Positions 35,881 through 45,126 of a stretch of 64,000 nt of DNA are shown here, in pieces. This DNA comes from Burkholderiaceae bacterium. GTDB lineage: Bacteria; Pseudomonadota; Gammaproteobacteria; Burkholderiales; WYBJ01. The notes under the pieces are model-generated. The model saw only the letters and a list, made by a program, of their open reading frames with translations, was not told the origin of the DNA and ran no database searches. Numbering within the stretch: position 1 is the first letter of the stretch; every line of letters starts with the position of its first letter. The translations under genes and the position numbers were made by a program. Location: the NCBI GenBank assembly GCA_011525945.1, contig WYBJ01000316.1:2563-66562 (forward strand). The letters run 5' to 3'.

Positions 35881-36009
35881 TCAGCATCGCATGGCGTTGG
35901 CGAAATCCAGTAGCAGAGCCGGCGCGAGATAAGCGCGGAATGCCAGGTACAGCACTCCGGCCAAGCCGATCATAAGGATCGCCCACACGATCTTCTGGGT
36001 GGTAAACAT
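35881..36009 (-). CDS. Hypothetical 42-aa single-TM membrane peptide
   Basis: MFTTQKIVWAILMIGLAGVLYLAFRAYLAPALLLDFANAMRC is the internal-ATG part of track ORF 35881..36171. Third codon positions are mostly G/C, like real genes here. No convincing SD is present and no family was recognised. Confidence 0.35.
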   Translation of the reverse strand: MFTTQKIVWAILMIGLAGVLYLAFRAYLAPALLLDFANAMRC

Positions 36010-36180
36010 CGTTTTGCCCGATCGTTCGTTGGATCGTAGCCGGACGATACCCGCGGACTGCACGTGTGCCAACCGTGACACGGGTACGCTGGCAGTAGGG
36101 CGGTCGTGAGTATGGGTTTCGTGCGTTCGAGCCTTGCTGGTATAGTCAAAAGGTACCTTCACTTCACACACCCGGCGGAT

Positions 36181-39100
36181 ATGCTATCACTTGCCTTCGA
36201 CCTCGCTTTCGAGGATCTCTACGCGCCGGACGGGCTGGCGCGACTCGATCGGAAGTTCCTCGATTATCTGTCCGAGCAAGCCCCGCCGCTCGCATCTCGC
36301 CTGCAATCGGCTCGTGCCGAGCCGGCGCTTCTCACGCGCAAGCAAGAGGCGGAGCTTCTGATCGAACTGGGGCCGTGCGTGGAAAGCTTTCTGGCCAGGT
36401 TGTTTGGCATCGAGGCCGAGCTCGTGGCGGCGAGGGAGGCGCACGCGCGGCTCGCTTGCCTGTACACGTGCAAGCGGCAGTTCGTACAGCGGCGCGCGGC
36501 AACCCGGGTGAAACCCCAGGAGGTCGTTGACTTCGACGCACCCGCGGCAGAGCGTGAGCTTGCCGCACGTTTCGGCGAGGCGTTCGAGGAGCTCGCTTTC
36601 GCCCGTCATGTGAGCGCTTGGCAGAGTGCACCCGACGCGCATAGCGAGGATCTCGACCTCGCGCTCAAGTACGCCGGCTGGGCCATCCATACCGAAGCGG
36701 GGCGGCATCGTCATCAGGCCGGCGTGTTGTTCAAAGTGCCGCGCAAACTCGATCCCCACCGTCTGGTGGCCGCGATCGAAAACGACCGCGCGGGATACAC
36801 TACCTATCACCTCGATCACATCCGTCGTCGAGAAGGCTTTCAGCTCACCGACCGCGGCACGGACCTCACCGGTGCGCTCGATCAGGCCAACTACTGCATC
36901 TGGTGCCACGAGCAGGGTAAGGACTCGTGCTCGCAAGGACTGCGCGAAAAGCCGACTGCCGACGGCGCCCCGGGCGCGTTTCGCAAGTCGGTGTTCGGCG
37001 TGTCACTGACGGGCTGCCCGCTGGAAGAGCGGATCTCGGAATTCCACAAGCTCAAGGTAGACGGCCGGCCGCTTGCGGCGCTGGCGATGATCGTGGTCGA
37101 CAATCCCATGGTTGCGGCAACTGGCCATCGCATCTGCAACGACTGCATGAAGGCGTGTATCTACCAGAAGCAGGAACCGGTCGATATTCCGCAAGCCGAG
37201 ACGCGCACGTTGAAGGACGTATTGCAGTTGCCGTGGGGATTCGAGATCTACGGCTTGCTCACACGCTGGAATCCGCTCAATCTGCGCAACCCCTACGCCA
37301 AAGCGCCCACGGGACGGCGCGCATTACTTGTCGGCATGGGGCCGGCGGGCTTTACGCTCGCCCACTATCTGCTCAATGAGGGACACACGGTGGTGGGCAT
37401 CGACGGCCTCAAAATCGAGCCGCTGCCGCCGGAGATCTCCGGGGTGGGTCTGGATGGTGCGCACGTATCATTTCGGCCCATCCGGGATGTGCAGGAGTTG
37501 TACGAGGAGCTGGACGAGCGCGTCATGGCGGGGTTCGGCGGCGTGGCCGAATACGGCATCACCGTACGCTGGGACAAGAACTTCCTCAAGATCGTGCGCC
37601 TGCTGCTGGAACGCCGGGCGCTGTTCGGCATGCACGGCGGCGTACGTTTCGGCGGAACGCTGAGCGCCGAAGGCGCGTTCGAACTCGGCTTCGACCATAT
37701 CGCCCTATGTGCGGGCGCGGGTAAACCGACGCTGCTCGACTTGCCCAACGGCATGGCGCGCGGAGTACGCACCGCCTCGGATTTTCTGATGGCATTGCAG
37801 CTCACGGGTGCGGCGAAGCGCTCGTCGATCGCAAGTATGCAACTGCGCCTGCCGGTCGTAGTGATCGGTGGTGGCTTGACGGCTATCGACACCGCCACCG
37901 AGGCATTGGCCTACTACCCGGTGCAGGTGGAGAAATTTCTCGAGCGCTTCGAGACACTGGCGGCAGAATGCGGCGAAGCGAAGGTGCGCGCGGCGTGGAA
38001 CGAGCAAGAGCGCATGATCGCGGACGAGTTCCTCGCGCATGCGCGCGCGATTCGCGCGGAGCGCGAATCTGCACGGACGCAGGGCCGGCCGGCACGTATC
38101 GTGGAGTTGCTGCAATCCTGGGGTGGCGCAACGATCGCGTATCGCCGCCGGCTGATCGACAGCCCTTCGTACACCTTGAATCACGAAGAAGTGGAGAAGG
38201 CTTTGCAAGAGGGGGTGCGCTTCGCCGCGGGCTTGACTCCGCTGGAGATCGAGGTGGACAGTCACGGGCACGCCAGTGCCGTGCGCATGGCGGTGCAAAC
38301 GCGATCTGATGACGGGCGCTGGCAGAAGACAGGCGAGACCGCCTTGCCGGCACGCGCGGTTCTGGTTGCAGCCGGGACGCAGCCCAACACCGTTCTCGCG
38401 CGCGAGGACGGCGCGCGCTTCAAACTCGACGGCCGCTACTTCCAGGCCTACGATGCCGGCGGCATGCCGGTGAGTCCCGAGCACAATGCAGCCAAGCCGC
38501 GCCAGGTACATGTGCTCATGAATCGCCAGGACGACGGCCGCTGCATGAGCTTCTTCGGTGACATGCACCCGTCGTATTTCGGCAACGTCGTGAAGGCGAT
38601 GGCGAGCGCCCGCCAGGGTTACCCCGTGGTCAGCCGCACGATGCTCGGTCGAGCCGCGGCTTCAGGTAAGGACGATGGCGCTTTTCTCGCCGTGCTCGCA
38701 CGCGATCTGCGTGCGCGGGTGAAAGAAGTGGTGCGGCTCACGCCCGATATCGTTGAGGTCATCGTACACGCTCCGGCGGCGGCGCGCGCGTTCAAACCGG
38801 GCCAATTCTACCGTCTGCAGAACTTCGAGGTACGGGCGGCGGAGGTCGAAGGTACGCGCCTCGCCATGGAGGGGCTCGCGCTCACCGGCGCCTGGGCGGA
38901 TGCAGCGAGAGGATTGGTTTCGACCATCGTGCTGGAGATGGGGGGGTCCTCCGATCTTTGCGCTCTGCTCCAACCCGGCGAACCCGTGGTGCTGATGGGA
39001 CCTACCGGATCGCCGACGCCGACGCCTGGCGGCGAAACGGTGCTGCTCGCGGGAGGCGGTCTGGGCAATGCGGTGCTGTTCTCGATTGGCCGGGCGCTGC

Positions 39101-39711
39101 GAGCCGCGGGCAGTCGCGTGCTGTACTTCGCGGGCTATCGGCGGCCGATTGATCGCTACAAGGTGGCGGAGATCGAAGCCGCTGCGGACGCGATCGTATG
39201 GTGCTGCGACGAGGCTCCGGCCTTCGAGCCTGGGCGCAGCCAGGACGCAACTTTCGTCGGCAACCTCGTTGAGGCGATGCATGCTTACGCGCGCGGCGAG
39301 CTCGGTCCACAGGCGGTGGCGCTCTCGGAGGTCGACCGTGTCATCGCGATCGGTTCGGATCGCATGATGGCGGCAATTGCGCGCGCGCGGCACGGCGTGC
39401 TCGCGCCCTACCTCAAGCCCGGCCATCTCGGTATCGGTTCAATCAACTCGCCCATGCAATGCATGATGAAGGAGATCTGCGGGCAGTGCATTCAGCCGCA
39501 GCGCGATCCGGCGAGCGGCCAGATCCGTTACGTGTTCACCTGCCTCGACCAGGATCAGCCCCTCGATCACGTCGACTTCGAGGCACTTCGCGAGCGGCTG
39601 GGACAGAACTCGGTGCAGGAGAAGCTGACCGCCCAATGGATCGATCGCTGCCTGCGCCGCGCGGGTCTGCGCGGCGCCGAGACGCTGGAGGGCGAGTTGC
39701 TCAGCGCGTAG
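36181..39711 (+). CDS. Multi-domain FAD/NAD(P)-dependent oxidoreductase: unknown N-domain + GltD-like (glutamate synthase small-chain-like) + PyrK/FNR-like module with C-terminal Cys cluster
   Basis: Cys motifs CIWCHEQGKDSC...GCPLEERISEF...ICNDCMKAC resemble GltD Fe-S sites. A Rossmann motif is present (LLVGMGPAGFTLAHYLLNEGHTVVGID). The C-terminal part has an FNR-like FAD region (FKPGQFYRLQ) and NAD region (LLAGGGLGNAVLFSIGRAL), then CMMKEICGQC...FTCLDQD. The start is uncertain (ATG 36181; alternatives ATG 36112 and GTG 36106). Confidence 0.75.
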   Translation: MLSLAFDLAFEDLYAPDGLARLDRKFLDYLSEQAPPLASRLQSARAEPALLTRKQEAELLIELGPCVESFLARLFGIEAELVAAREAHARLACLYTCKRQFVQRRAATRVKPQEVVDFDAPAAERELAARFGEAFEELAFARHVSAWQSAPDAHSEDLDLALKYAGWAIHTEAGRHRHQAGVLFKVPRKLDPHRLVAAIENDRAGYTTYHLDHIRRREGFQLTDRGTDLTGALDQANYCIWCHEQGKDSCSQGLREKPTADGAPGAFRKSVFGVSLTGCPLEERISEFHKLKVDGRPLAALAMIVVDNPMVAATGHRICNDCMKACIYQKQEPVDIPQAETRTLKDVLQLPWGFEIYGLLTRWNPLNLRNPYAKAPTGRRALLVGMGPAGFTLAHYLLNEGHTVVGIDGLKIEPLPPEISGVGLDGAHVSFRPIRDVQELYEELDERVMAGFGGVAEYGITVRWDKNFLKIVRLLLERRALFGMHGGVRFGGTLSAEGAFELGFDHIALCAGAGKPTLLDLPNGMARGVRTASDFLMALQLTGAAKRSSIASMQLRLPVVVIGGGLTAIDTATEALAYYPVQVEKFLERFETLAAECGEAKVRAAWNEQERMIADEFLAHARAIRAERESARTQGRPARIVELLQSWGGATIAYRRRLIDSPSYTLNHEEVEKALQEGVRFAAGLTPLEIEVDSHGHASAVRMAVQTRSDDGRWQKTGETALPARAVLVAAGTQPNTVLAREDGARFKLDGRYFQAYDAGGMPVSPEHNAAKPRQVHVLMNRQDDGRCMSFFGDMHPSYFGNVVKAMASARQGYPVVSRTMLGRAAASGKDDGAFLAVLARDLRARVKEVVRLTPDIVEVIVHAPAAARAFKPGQFYRLQNFEVRAAEVEGTRLAMEGLALTGAWADAARGLVSTIVLEMGGSSDLCALLQPGEPVVLMGPTGSPTPTPGGETVLLAGGGLGNAVLFSIGRALRAAGSRVLYFAGYRRPIDRYKVAEIEAAADAIVWCCDEAPAFEPGRSQDATFVGNLVEAMHAYARGELGPQAVALSEVDRVIAIGSDRMMAAIARARHGVLAPYLKPGHLGIGSINSPMQCMMKEICGQCIQPQRDPASGQIRYVFTCLDQDQPLDHVDFEALRERLGQNSVQEKLTAQWIDRCLRRAGLRGAETLEGELLSA

Positions 39712-40915
39712 TGACGAGCACCTGCGCGATCGAGCGCGCGACGTAGTCGACGTTCACCGTGCTGAGCGATGCGACGCAGACGCGCCCGCTATCGACCGCG
39801 TAGATCGCATGTTTCTCGCGCAGCGCGTGCACCTGCTCCTTGCTGAGCCCGGAGTAGGAGAACATGCCGCGCTGATCGAGTACGTAGCTGAAGTCGAAAT
39901 CGGCGCGCTGCTCGCGAATTTTTTCCACCAGCAGTCGGCGCATCAGCTTGATCCGCTCGCGCATGCCGCCGAGTTCCTGCTCCCAGAGCAGCCGCAGCTC
40001 AGGATCCGACAGTACCAATGCGGCGATTTCGCCACCGTGCGTTGGCGGGTTGGAGTAGTTGGTGCGAATGATGCGCTTCAACTGGCTGAGCACGCGCGCC
40101 GCCTCGTCTGCGGCTCCGGTGACGACACTGAGCGCGCCAACCCGTTCGCCGTAAAGCGATAGCGACTTGGAGTACGATCCGGCCGCGAAAACCGCCGGCA
40201 GCGCAGCGGCAAACAGGCGAACCGCGTATGCATCCTGTTCCAGACCATCGCCGAAACCCTGATACGCGATATCGAGGAAGGGCACGAGGGCTCGGTGCTG
40301 CACCACTTCCAGCACACGCTGCCACTGCGCTGGAGTGAGGTCGACGCCGGTCGGATTGTGGCAGCAGGCGTGCAGGACGACGATCGAACCTGCCGGCAAC
40401 TGCGCCAGCGCGGCCAGCATGTCATCGAAGCGGCAGCCATGCGAGGTCGGATCGTAATACGGGTAGGTATTGACCGTGAAGCCGGCATATTCGAACAGTG
40501 CGCGGTGATTCTCCCAGCTTGGGTCGCTGATCCAGACCTGCGCTTGCGGTTCGGCGCGGCGCAGGAAGTCCGCGCCGATTTTGAGCGCACCGGTTCCGCC
40601 CAAGCTCTGTACGGTGACCACACGCCTGTCGCGGAGCGCGACATGGTCGGCGCCCAGCAGCATCTCCTGCGCAAGGCGATCGTAGGCTGCAAGCCCGTCG
40701 ATCGGGAGATAACTACGCGGCCGGGCACGCTCGGCAAGCGCAAGCTCGGCGCGTCGTACGCATTCGAGCACGGGCACCTTGCCCGTGTCGTCGACGTAGA
40801 CGCCCTGACCGAGATTGACCTTGGCCGGGTTGGGATCGGCATTGAAGGCTTCGGTGAGCCCCAGGATCGGGTCTCGCGGCGCCATTTCGATTGACGCCAA
40901 GGAATATGAAGTCAT
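39701..40915 (-). CDS. Class I aspartate/aromatic amino acid aminotransferase
   Basis: APRDPILGL...KVNLGQGVY.DD.GK.PVL, PSWENH, HACCHNPTG and the SYSKSLSLYGERVG PLP-lysine motif. ATG 40915 was chosen as the start; the track ORF extends to 41056. Confidence 0.9.
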   Translation of the reverse strand: MTSYSLASIEMAPRDPILGLTEAFNADPNPAKVNLGQGVYVDDTGKVPVLECVRRAELALAERARPRSYLPIDGLAAYDRLAQEMLLGADHVALRDRRVVTVQSLGGTGALKIGADFLRRAEPQAQVWISDPSWENHRALFEYAGFTVNTYPYYDPTSHGCRFDDMLAALAQLPAGSIVVLHACCHNPTGVDLTPAQWQRVLEVVQHRALVPFLDIAYQGFGDGLEQDAYAVRLFAAALPAVFAAGSYSKSLSLYGERVGALSVVTGAADEAARVLSQLKRIIRTNYSNPPTHGGEIAALVLSDPELRLLWEQELGGMRERIKLMRRLLVEKIREQRADFDFSYVLDQRGMFSYSGLSKEQVHALREKHAIYAVDSGRVCVASLSTVNVDYVARSIAQVLVTTR

Positions 40916-41074
40916 GCGGGACGCCTTGAACGAGTGAGGCAGGGCTGCTAAGCGAAGCTCGGATTCTACCTGCGGTGCCGCACGCTGGAAATGGCGTATC
41001 GCGCGATGCGGCGGGCAGCGCGGATCGCGCCCATCGCTATGAGACAATGGCGTCACGATACTGCGAGGTTGCGA

Positions 41075-43153
41075 TTGAAGGTTTCCGAGCTACTGCCCGA
41101 GCCGCAGGCGGCGCCTGCCGCTGGGCTTCCGATACGCACCTTTCCCGGTAGCCCCTACCGCTTGCACCAGGCGTTCGAACCCGCCGGTGACCAGCCCGAG
41201 GCGATCGAGCGGCTGGTCGACGGCGTCAACGCCGGGCTCGCATTCCAGACGCTGCTCGGCGTGACCGGCTCGGGCAAGACCTACACCATGGCGAACGTGA
41301 TCGGCCGACTCGGCTGCCCGGCACTCGTCATGGCGCCCAACAAGACGCTCGCCGCGCAACTCTATTCCGAGATGCGCGAGTTCTTCCCGGAAAACGCGAT
41401 CGAGTACTTCGTCTCGTACTACGACTACTACCAGCCGGAAGCCTATGTGCCTGCGCGCGACCTGTATATCGAGAAAGACTCGAGCATCAACGAACACATC
41501 GAGCAGATGCGGCTCTCGGCCACCAAGTCGCTGCTTGAGCGTCCGGACGCGATCATCGTCGCGACGGTCTCGGCCATCTACGGTATCGGCGACCCGGTCG
41601 ACTACCACGGCATGATCCTGCACGTGCGCGAGCGCGAGCGCATCGGCCAGCGCGATATTCTCAAGCGCCTGACCGAAATGCAGTATCAGCGCAATGAAGC
41701 CGACTTCCGCCGCGGGACGTTCCGCGTGCGCGGTGACGTGATCGACGTGTACCCCGCCGAGAGCGCGGAGCAGGCGTTGCGGATCTGCCTGTTCGATGAC
41801 GAAGTGGAGATGCTGACGCTGTTCGATCCGCTCACCGGGCAGATTCTGCACCGTGTCGGACGCTACACCGTGTACCCGTCGAGCCACTATGTGACGCCGC
41901 GCGCCACGACCCTGCGCGCGATCGAGGCCATCAAGCTCGAGCTCGCCGAGCGACTGGAGTTCTTCCAGCGCGAGGGCCGGCTGCTGGAAGCCCAGCGCAT
42001 CGAGCAGCGCACCCGCTTCGATCTCGAGATGCTGAACGAGATGGGCTTTTGCAAAGGGATCGAGAACTACTCGCGCCCTCTGAGCGGACGCAAGGAGGGC
42101 GAGCCTCCGCCGACGCTGATCGATTACCTTCCGACGGGCGCACTCATGATCATCGACGAGAGCCACGTGACCGTCCCGCAACTCGGCGGCATGTATCGCG
42201 GAGACCGCGCACGCAAGGAGACCTTGGTCGAGTACGGCTTTCGGCTGCCGAGCGCGCTCGACAACCGGCCGCTGCGCTTCGACGAGTTCGAAGGCAAGAT
42301 GCTGCGCACAATCTTCGTTTCGGCCACGCCGGGTGAATACGAACGGCGCAAGCAGTCCCGTGTGGTCGAGCAGGTTGTGCGACCCACCGGGCTGGTAGAT
42401 CCCGTGATCGAGGTGCGCCCGGCAGCCACGCAGGTGGATGACCTCATGTCCGAGATCAGAGTACGAGTCGAGCACGACGAGCGGGTTCTGGTGACCACGC
42501 TTACCAAACGCATGGCTGAAGATCTCACTGAGTACCTTGCCGATCACAACGTGCGGGTGCGCTACCTGCACTCGGATATCGATACGGTAGAGCGGGTGGA
42601 GATCATTCGAGACCTGCGCCTGGGCGAATTCGACGTGCTGGTCGGGATCAATCTGCTGCGCGAAGGCCTGGATATTCCTGAAGTGTCGCTGGTCGCCATA
42701 CTGGATGCAGACAAGGAAGGGTTTCTGCGCTCAACGCGCTCGCTCATCCAGACGATCGGGCGGGCGGCACGGCACATCAATGGCACCACCATCATGTATG
42801 CCGATGTCGTCACCGACTCGATGCGCCAAGCGATCGACGAGACCGAGCGTCGACGCGCCAAGCAGCAGGCTTACAATGCCACACACGGTATCGTGCCGCG
42901 CGGAGTCAGTAAGCGCGTCAAGGACATCATCGAAGGCGTGTACGATGCCGGTGAATCGCATCAGCAGCAAAGAGCCGCCCAGGCGCGCAAGGTCTACGAG
43001 GCGATGAGCGAAAAGGAGCTCACCCGGGAGGTGAAACGGGTGGAGAAGGACATGCTGGAGGCTGCACGCCGGTTGGAGTTCGAGCGCGCCGCCGAGCTGC
43101 GCAATCGTCTCGTTCAGCTCAAGCGGCGGCTGTTCACCGAAGACGCGCCTTGA
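41075..43153 (+). CDS. uvrB: Excinuclease ABC subunit B
   Basis: [42 protein letters not shown], helicase motifs and a C-terminal UVR domain ([13 protein letters not shown]). The start is uncertain: TTG 41075 has GAGG 6 nt upstream; the alternatives are ATG 41039 and ATG 40991 (track). Confidence 0.93.
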   Translation: MKVSELLPEPQAAPAAGLPIRTFPGSPYRLHQAFEPAGDQPEAIERLVDGVNAGLAFQTLLGVTGSGKTYTMANVIGRLGCPALVMAPNKTLAAQLYSEMREFFPENAIEYFVSYYDYYQPEAYVPARDLYIEKDSSINEHIEQMRLSATKSLLERPDAIIVATVSAIYGIGDPVDYHGMILHVRERERIGQRDILKRLTEMQYQRNEADFRRGTFRVRGDVIDVYPAESAEQALRICLFDDEVEMLTLFDPLTGQILHRVGRYTVYPSSHYVTPRATTLRAIEAIKLELAERLEFFQREGRLLEAQRIEQRTRFDLEMLNEMGFCKGIENYSRPLSGRKEGEPPPTLIDYLPTGALMIIDESHVTVPQLGGMYRGDRARKETLVEYGFRLPSALDNRPLRFDEFEGKMLRTIFVSATPGEYERRKQSRVVEQVVRPTGLVDPVIEVRPAATQVDDLMSEIRVRVEHDERVLVTTLTKRMAEDLTEYLADHNVRVRYLHSDIDTVERVEIIRDLRLGEFDVLVGINLLREGLDIPEVSLVAILDADKEGFLRSTRSLIQTIGRAARHINGTTIMYADVVTDSMRQAIDETERRRAKQQAYNATHGIVPRGVSKRVKDIIEGVYDAGESHQQQRAAQARKVYEAMSEKELTREVKRVEKDMLEAARRLEFERAAELRNRLVQLKRRLFTEDAP

Positions 43154-43734
43154 TCCCGGAGCTGCTGCGCAACCTGTGGCCTTTTGGCGGCGCCGGGCGA
43201 GGCGATCGCATCGATTACCGCGTGTTGTTCGTCTGCCTGGGCAACATCTGCCGCTCACCGACGGCCGAGGCCGTATTCAGACAGCAGCTGCGCGGCGCAG
43301 GCCTTTCGGACCGGGTCGCGTGCGCATCTGCGGGCACACACGGTTTCAATGCGGGTGCCTCGGCTGATGGTCGGGCGCGCGCGGCGGCGCAGCGGCGAGG
43401 CTACGATATGTCACGCATGCGCGGGCGCGGTATTGTCGACGAGGATTTCGCACGCTTTGACCTAGTGCTGGCCATGGATCGGCAAAACCTGGCGGCCTTG
43501 CGTAGCCGCTGCCCCGAAGACAAGGCCGAGCGGTTGCGGCTCTTGATGGAATTTGCGCGCCGGCACGATGCGCTCGACATTCCCGATCCCTACTACGGCA
43601 ACGCCAAGGCGTTCGAGTTGGCGCTCGACATGATCGAGGATGCGTGCGAATCCCTGCTCGATCACGTCCGCAGTCGCCATCTCGCGACAACGGATGCGGT
43701 ACTGCCCGCAGGACCGCGCGCGCCGGGGGATTGA
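43150..43734 (+). CDS. Low-molecular-weight protein-tyrosine phosphatase
   Basis: [20 protein letters not shown]-loop (C-x5-R-S/T) and the DIPDPYYG motif. TTG 43150 overlaps the uvrB stop. The start is uncertain (alternative GTG 43222). Confidence 0.85.
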   Translation: MIPELLRNLWPFGGAGRGDRIDYRVLFVCLGNICRSPTAEAVFRQQLRGAGLSDRVACASAGTHGFNAGASADGRARAAAQRRGYDMSRMRGRGIVDEDFARFDLVLAMDRQNLAALRSRCPEDKAERLRLLMEFARRHDALDIPDPYYGNAKAFELALDMIEDACESLLDHVRSRHLATTDAVLPAGPRAPGD

Positions 43735-43738
43735 GCGG

Positions 43739-45001
43739 CTACCAGCGTGCGGCAAACTCGCGCAACGCGGGCGAAGCGCCGTAGACGGGGAAGTGGCCGT
43801 ACAGCAGAAGCTGCGCGCTACGCTCGTAGGCGACCGATGTTACGCGCAATCCGTTTGTTCCGACCGTGGCGCCGATACGCGCGCGCAGCACGCCGGCGGG
43901 GTTGCGCATGGCGACAGTGCAGATGCCGTCCATCTCACTTATCGCCGGCAGGCCGTGCGCCAGGGTATTGGCGACGGTGCCTGGCAGCAGGCAAGCCACC
44001 GCCAGGCAGCAGCCCCCGGTTACCGCCAGCGAACTGTGTGGCGACTGCGGCGTGAAGTAGCGCGCATTGATGTGCACGTCACCTTCACCGGGTGAGACCA
44101 GGCATACCTTCGGGACAGTCTCGCTGTGACTCAGATCGGCGGCGGTCATTAACGCGCCGCCGCGCCGGCGCAAACCCATCTTGAGGCCGGCAGCCACCCA
44201 GATTTCGCGCAACCGCTCCTTCAGCTTGCCATCGCGCGAGAGCTCATCGGGCGATTCCGAGCCTGTCTTGCCAACGTCGGTGGCCCGCAGAATCACCATC
44301 GGGACGGCGACGTCAACGCATGATACGTCGATCCCGCAAATCGGATCACTGGGATGGCAGGTTGGCAGCAATTTCCCGGTCTTGGCGCCCACGGGGTGGC
44401 GCAAAGTCAGCTCGACCCCCGGGAACTTGCCCATGACCCCGGGGATCTCGGTATCGGGCGGGATGAACGAGCTCGCGTCCGGCGTGCGCACCGTGGCATC
44501 GGTGGTGACACCGGTGTTGGTATTGAAGATGCGCACCGTCGTGCGCCCGGCTGTAGCCTTGATGAGCCCCGTTTCGAGCGCGTACATCGGCAGTGCCGCT
44601 GACATGTTGCCGCAGTTTACGCTCCAATCGATCGCCGCCTTGTCGGCGGCAAGCTGCGCCAGCGTACTGGTGATATCGGCATCGTTCGTAGACGAACGCG
44701 AGACGATAAACACCTTGTTGCTGGTAGGTGCGCCACGCCCAAGCCCCGTAGTCTGCTTGTTTCCACGCGTCTCGCCGCACGCCGGAACGCCCATGATGGC
44801 GCGAATTAACTCTTCCTTCAGCGACAGCTCCTCGGGAATGTGCTGGTGCCACAGCACGATCCCCGTGGAAGTGCCACCGCGCATGTAGTAGACGGGGAAC
44901 TGCGCGATACCACCGGTCGCACGCGGTACGAAATTCTCCAACTCGGGCGCAGGCAATCTTCCGGATGAGGCCGCAGACGGCAAAGGCGCAAGCGAACTCA
45001 T
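43739..45001 (-). CDS. PrpF family protein (methylaconitate isomerase / 4-oxalomesaconate tautomerase-like)
   Basis: YYMRGGTSTG near the N-terminus and NCGNMSAA, both typical of the PrpF/DUF453 fold. ATG 45001 is preceded by GGAGGAG. The track ORF extends to 45064. Confidence 0.75.
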   Translation of the reverse strand: MSSLAPLPSAASSGRLPAPELENFVPRATGGIAQFPVYYMRGGTSTGIVLWHQHIPEELSLKEELIRAIMGVPACGETRGNKQTTGLGRGAPTSNKVFIVSRSSTNDADITSTLAQLAADKAAIDWSVNCGNMSAALPMYALETGLIKATAGRTTVRIFNTNTGVTTDATVRTPDASSFIPPDTEIPGVMGKFPGVELTLRHPVGAKTGKLLPTCHPSDPICGIDVSCVDVAVPMVILRATDVGKTGSESPDELSRDGKLKERLREIWVAAGLKMGLRRRGGALMTAADLSHSETVPKVCLVSPGEGDVHINARYFTPQSPHSSLAVTGGCCLAVACLLPGTVANTLAHGLPAISEMDGICTVAMRNPAGVLRARIGATVGTNGLRVTSVAYERSAQLLLYGHFPVYGASPALREFAARW

Positions 45002-45091
45002 GGGCTCCTCCAAGATTGCGGATTGACGGCATAGTATAGCGATTGGCGCGCGTGCGTGGCGCACGGCGATGCGGACACGCAGGCCGCGACA

Positions 45092-45111
45092 GCAGGCCCG
45101 CGCGGGCCTGC
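45092..45111 (-). terminator. 20-nt perfect GC palindrome just downstream of rne (hairpin; possible terminator or processing site)
   Basis: gcaggcccgcgcgggcctgc at 45092-45111, 16 nt after the rne stop codon. No U tract follows it. Confidence 0.3.
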
Positions 45112-45126
45112 GAACCTTGATAACGG

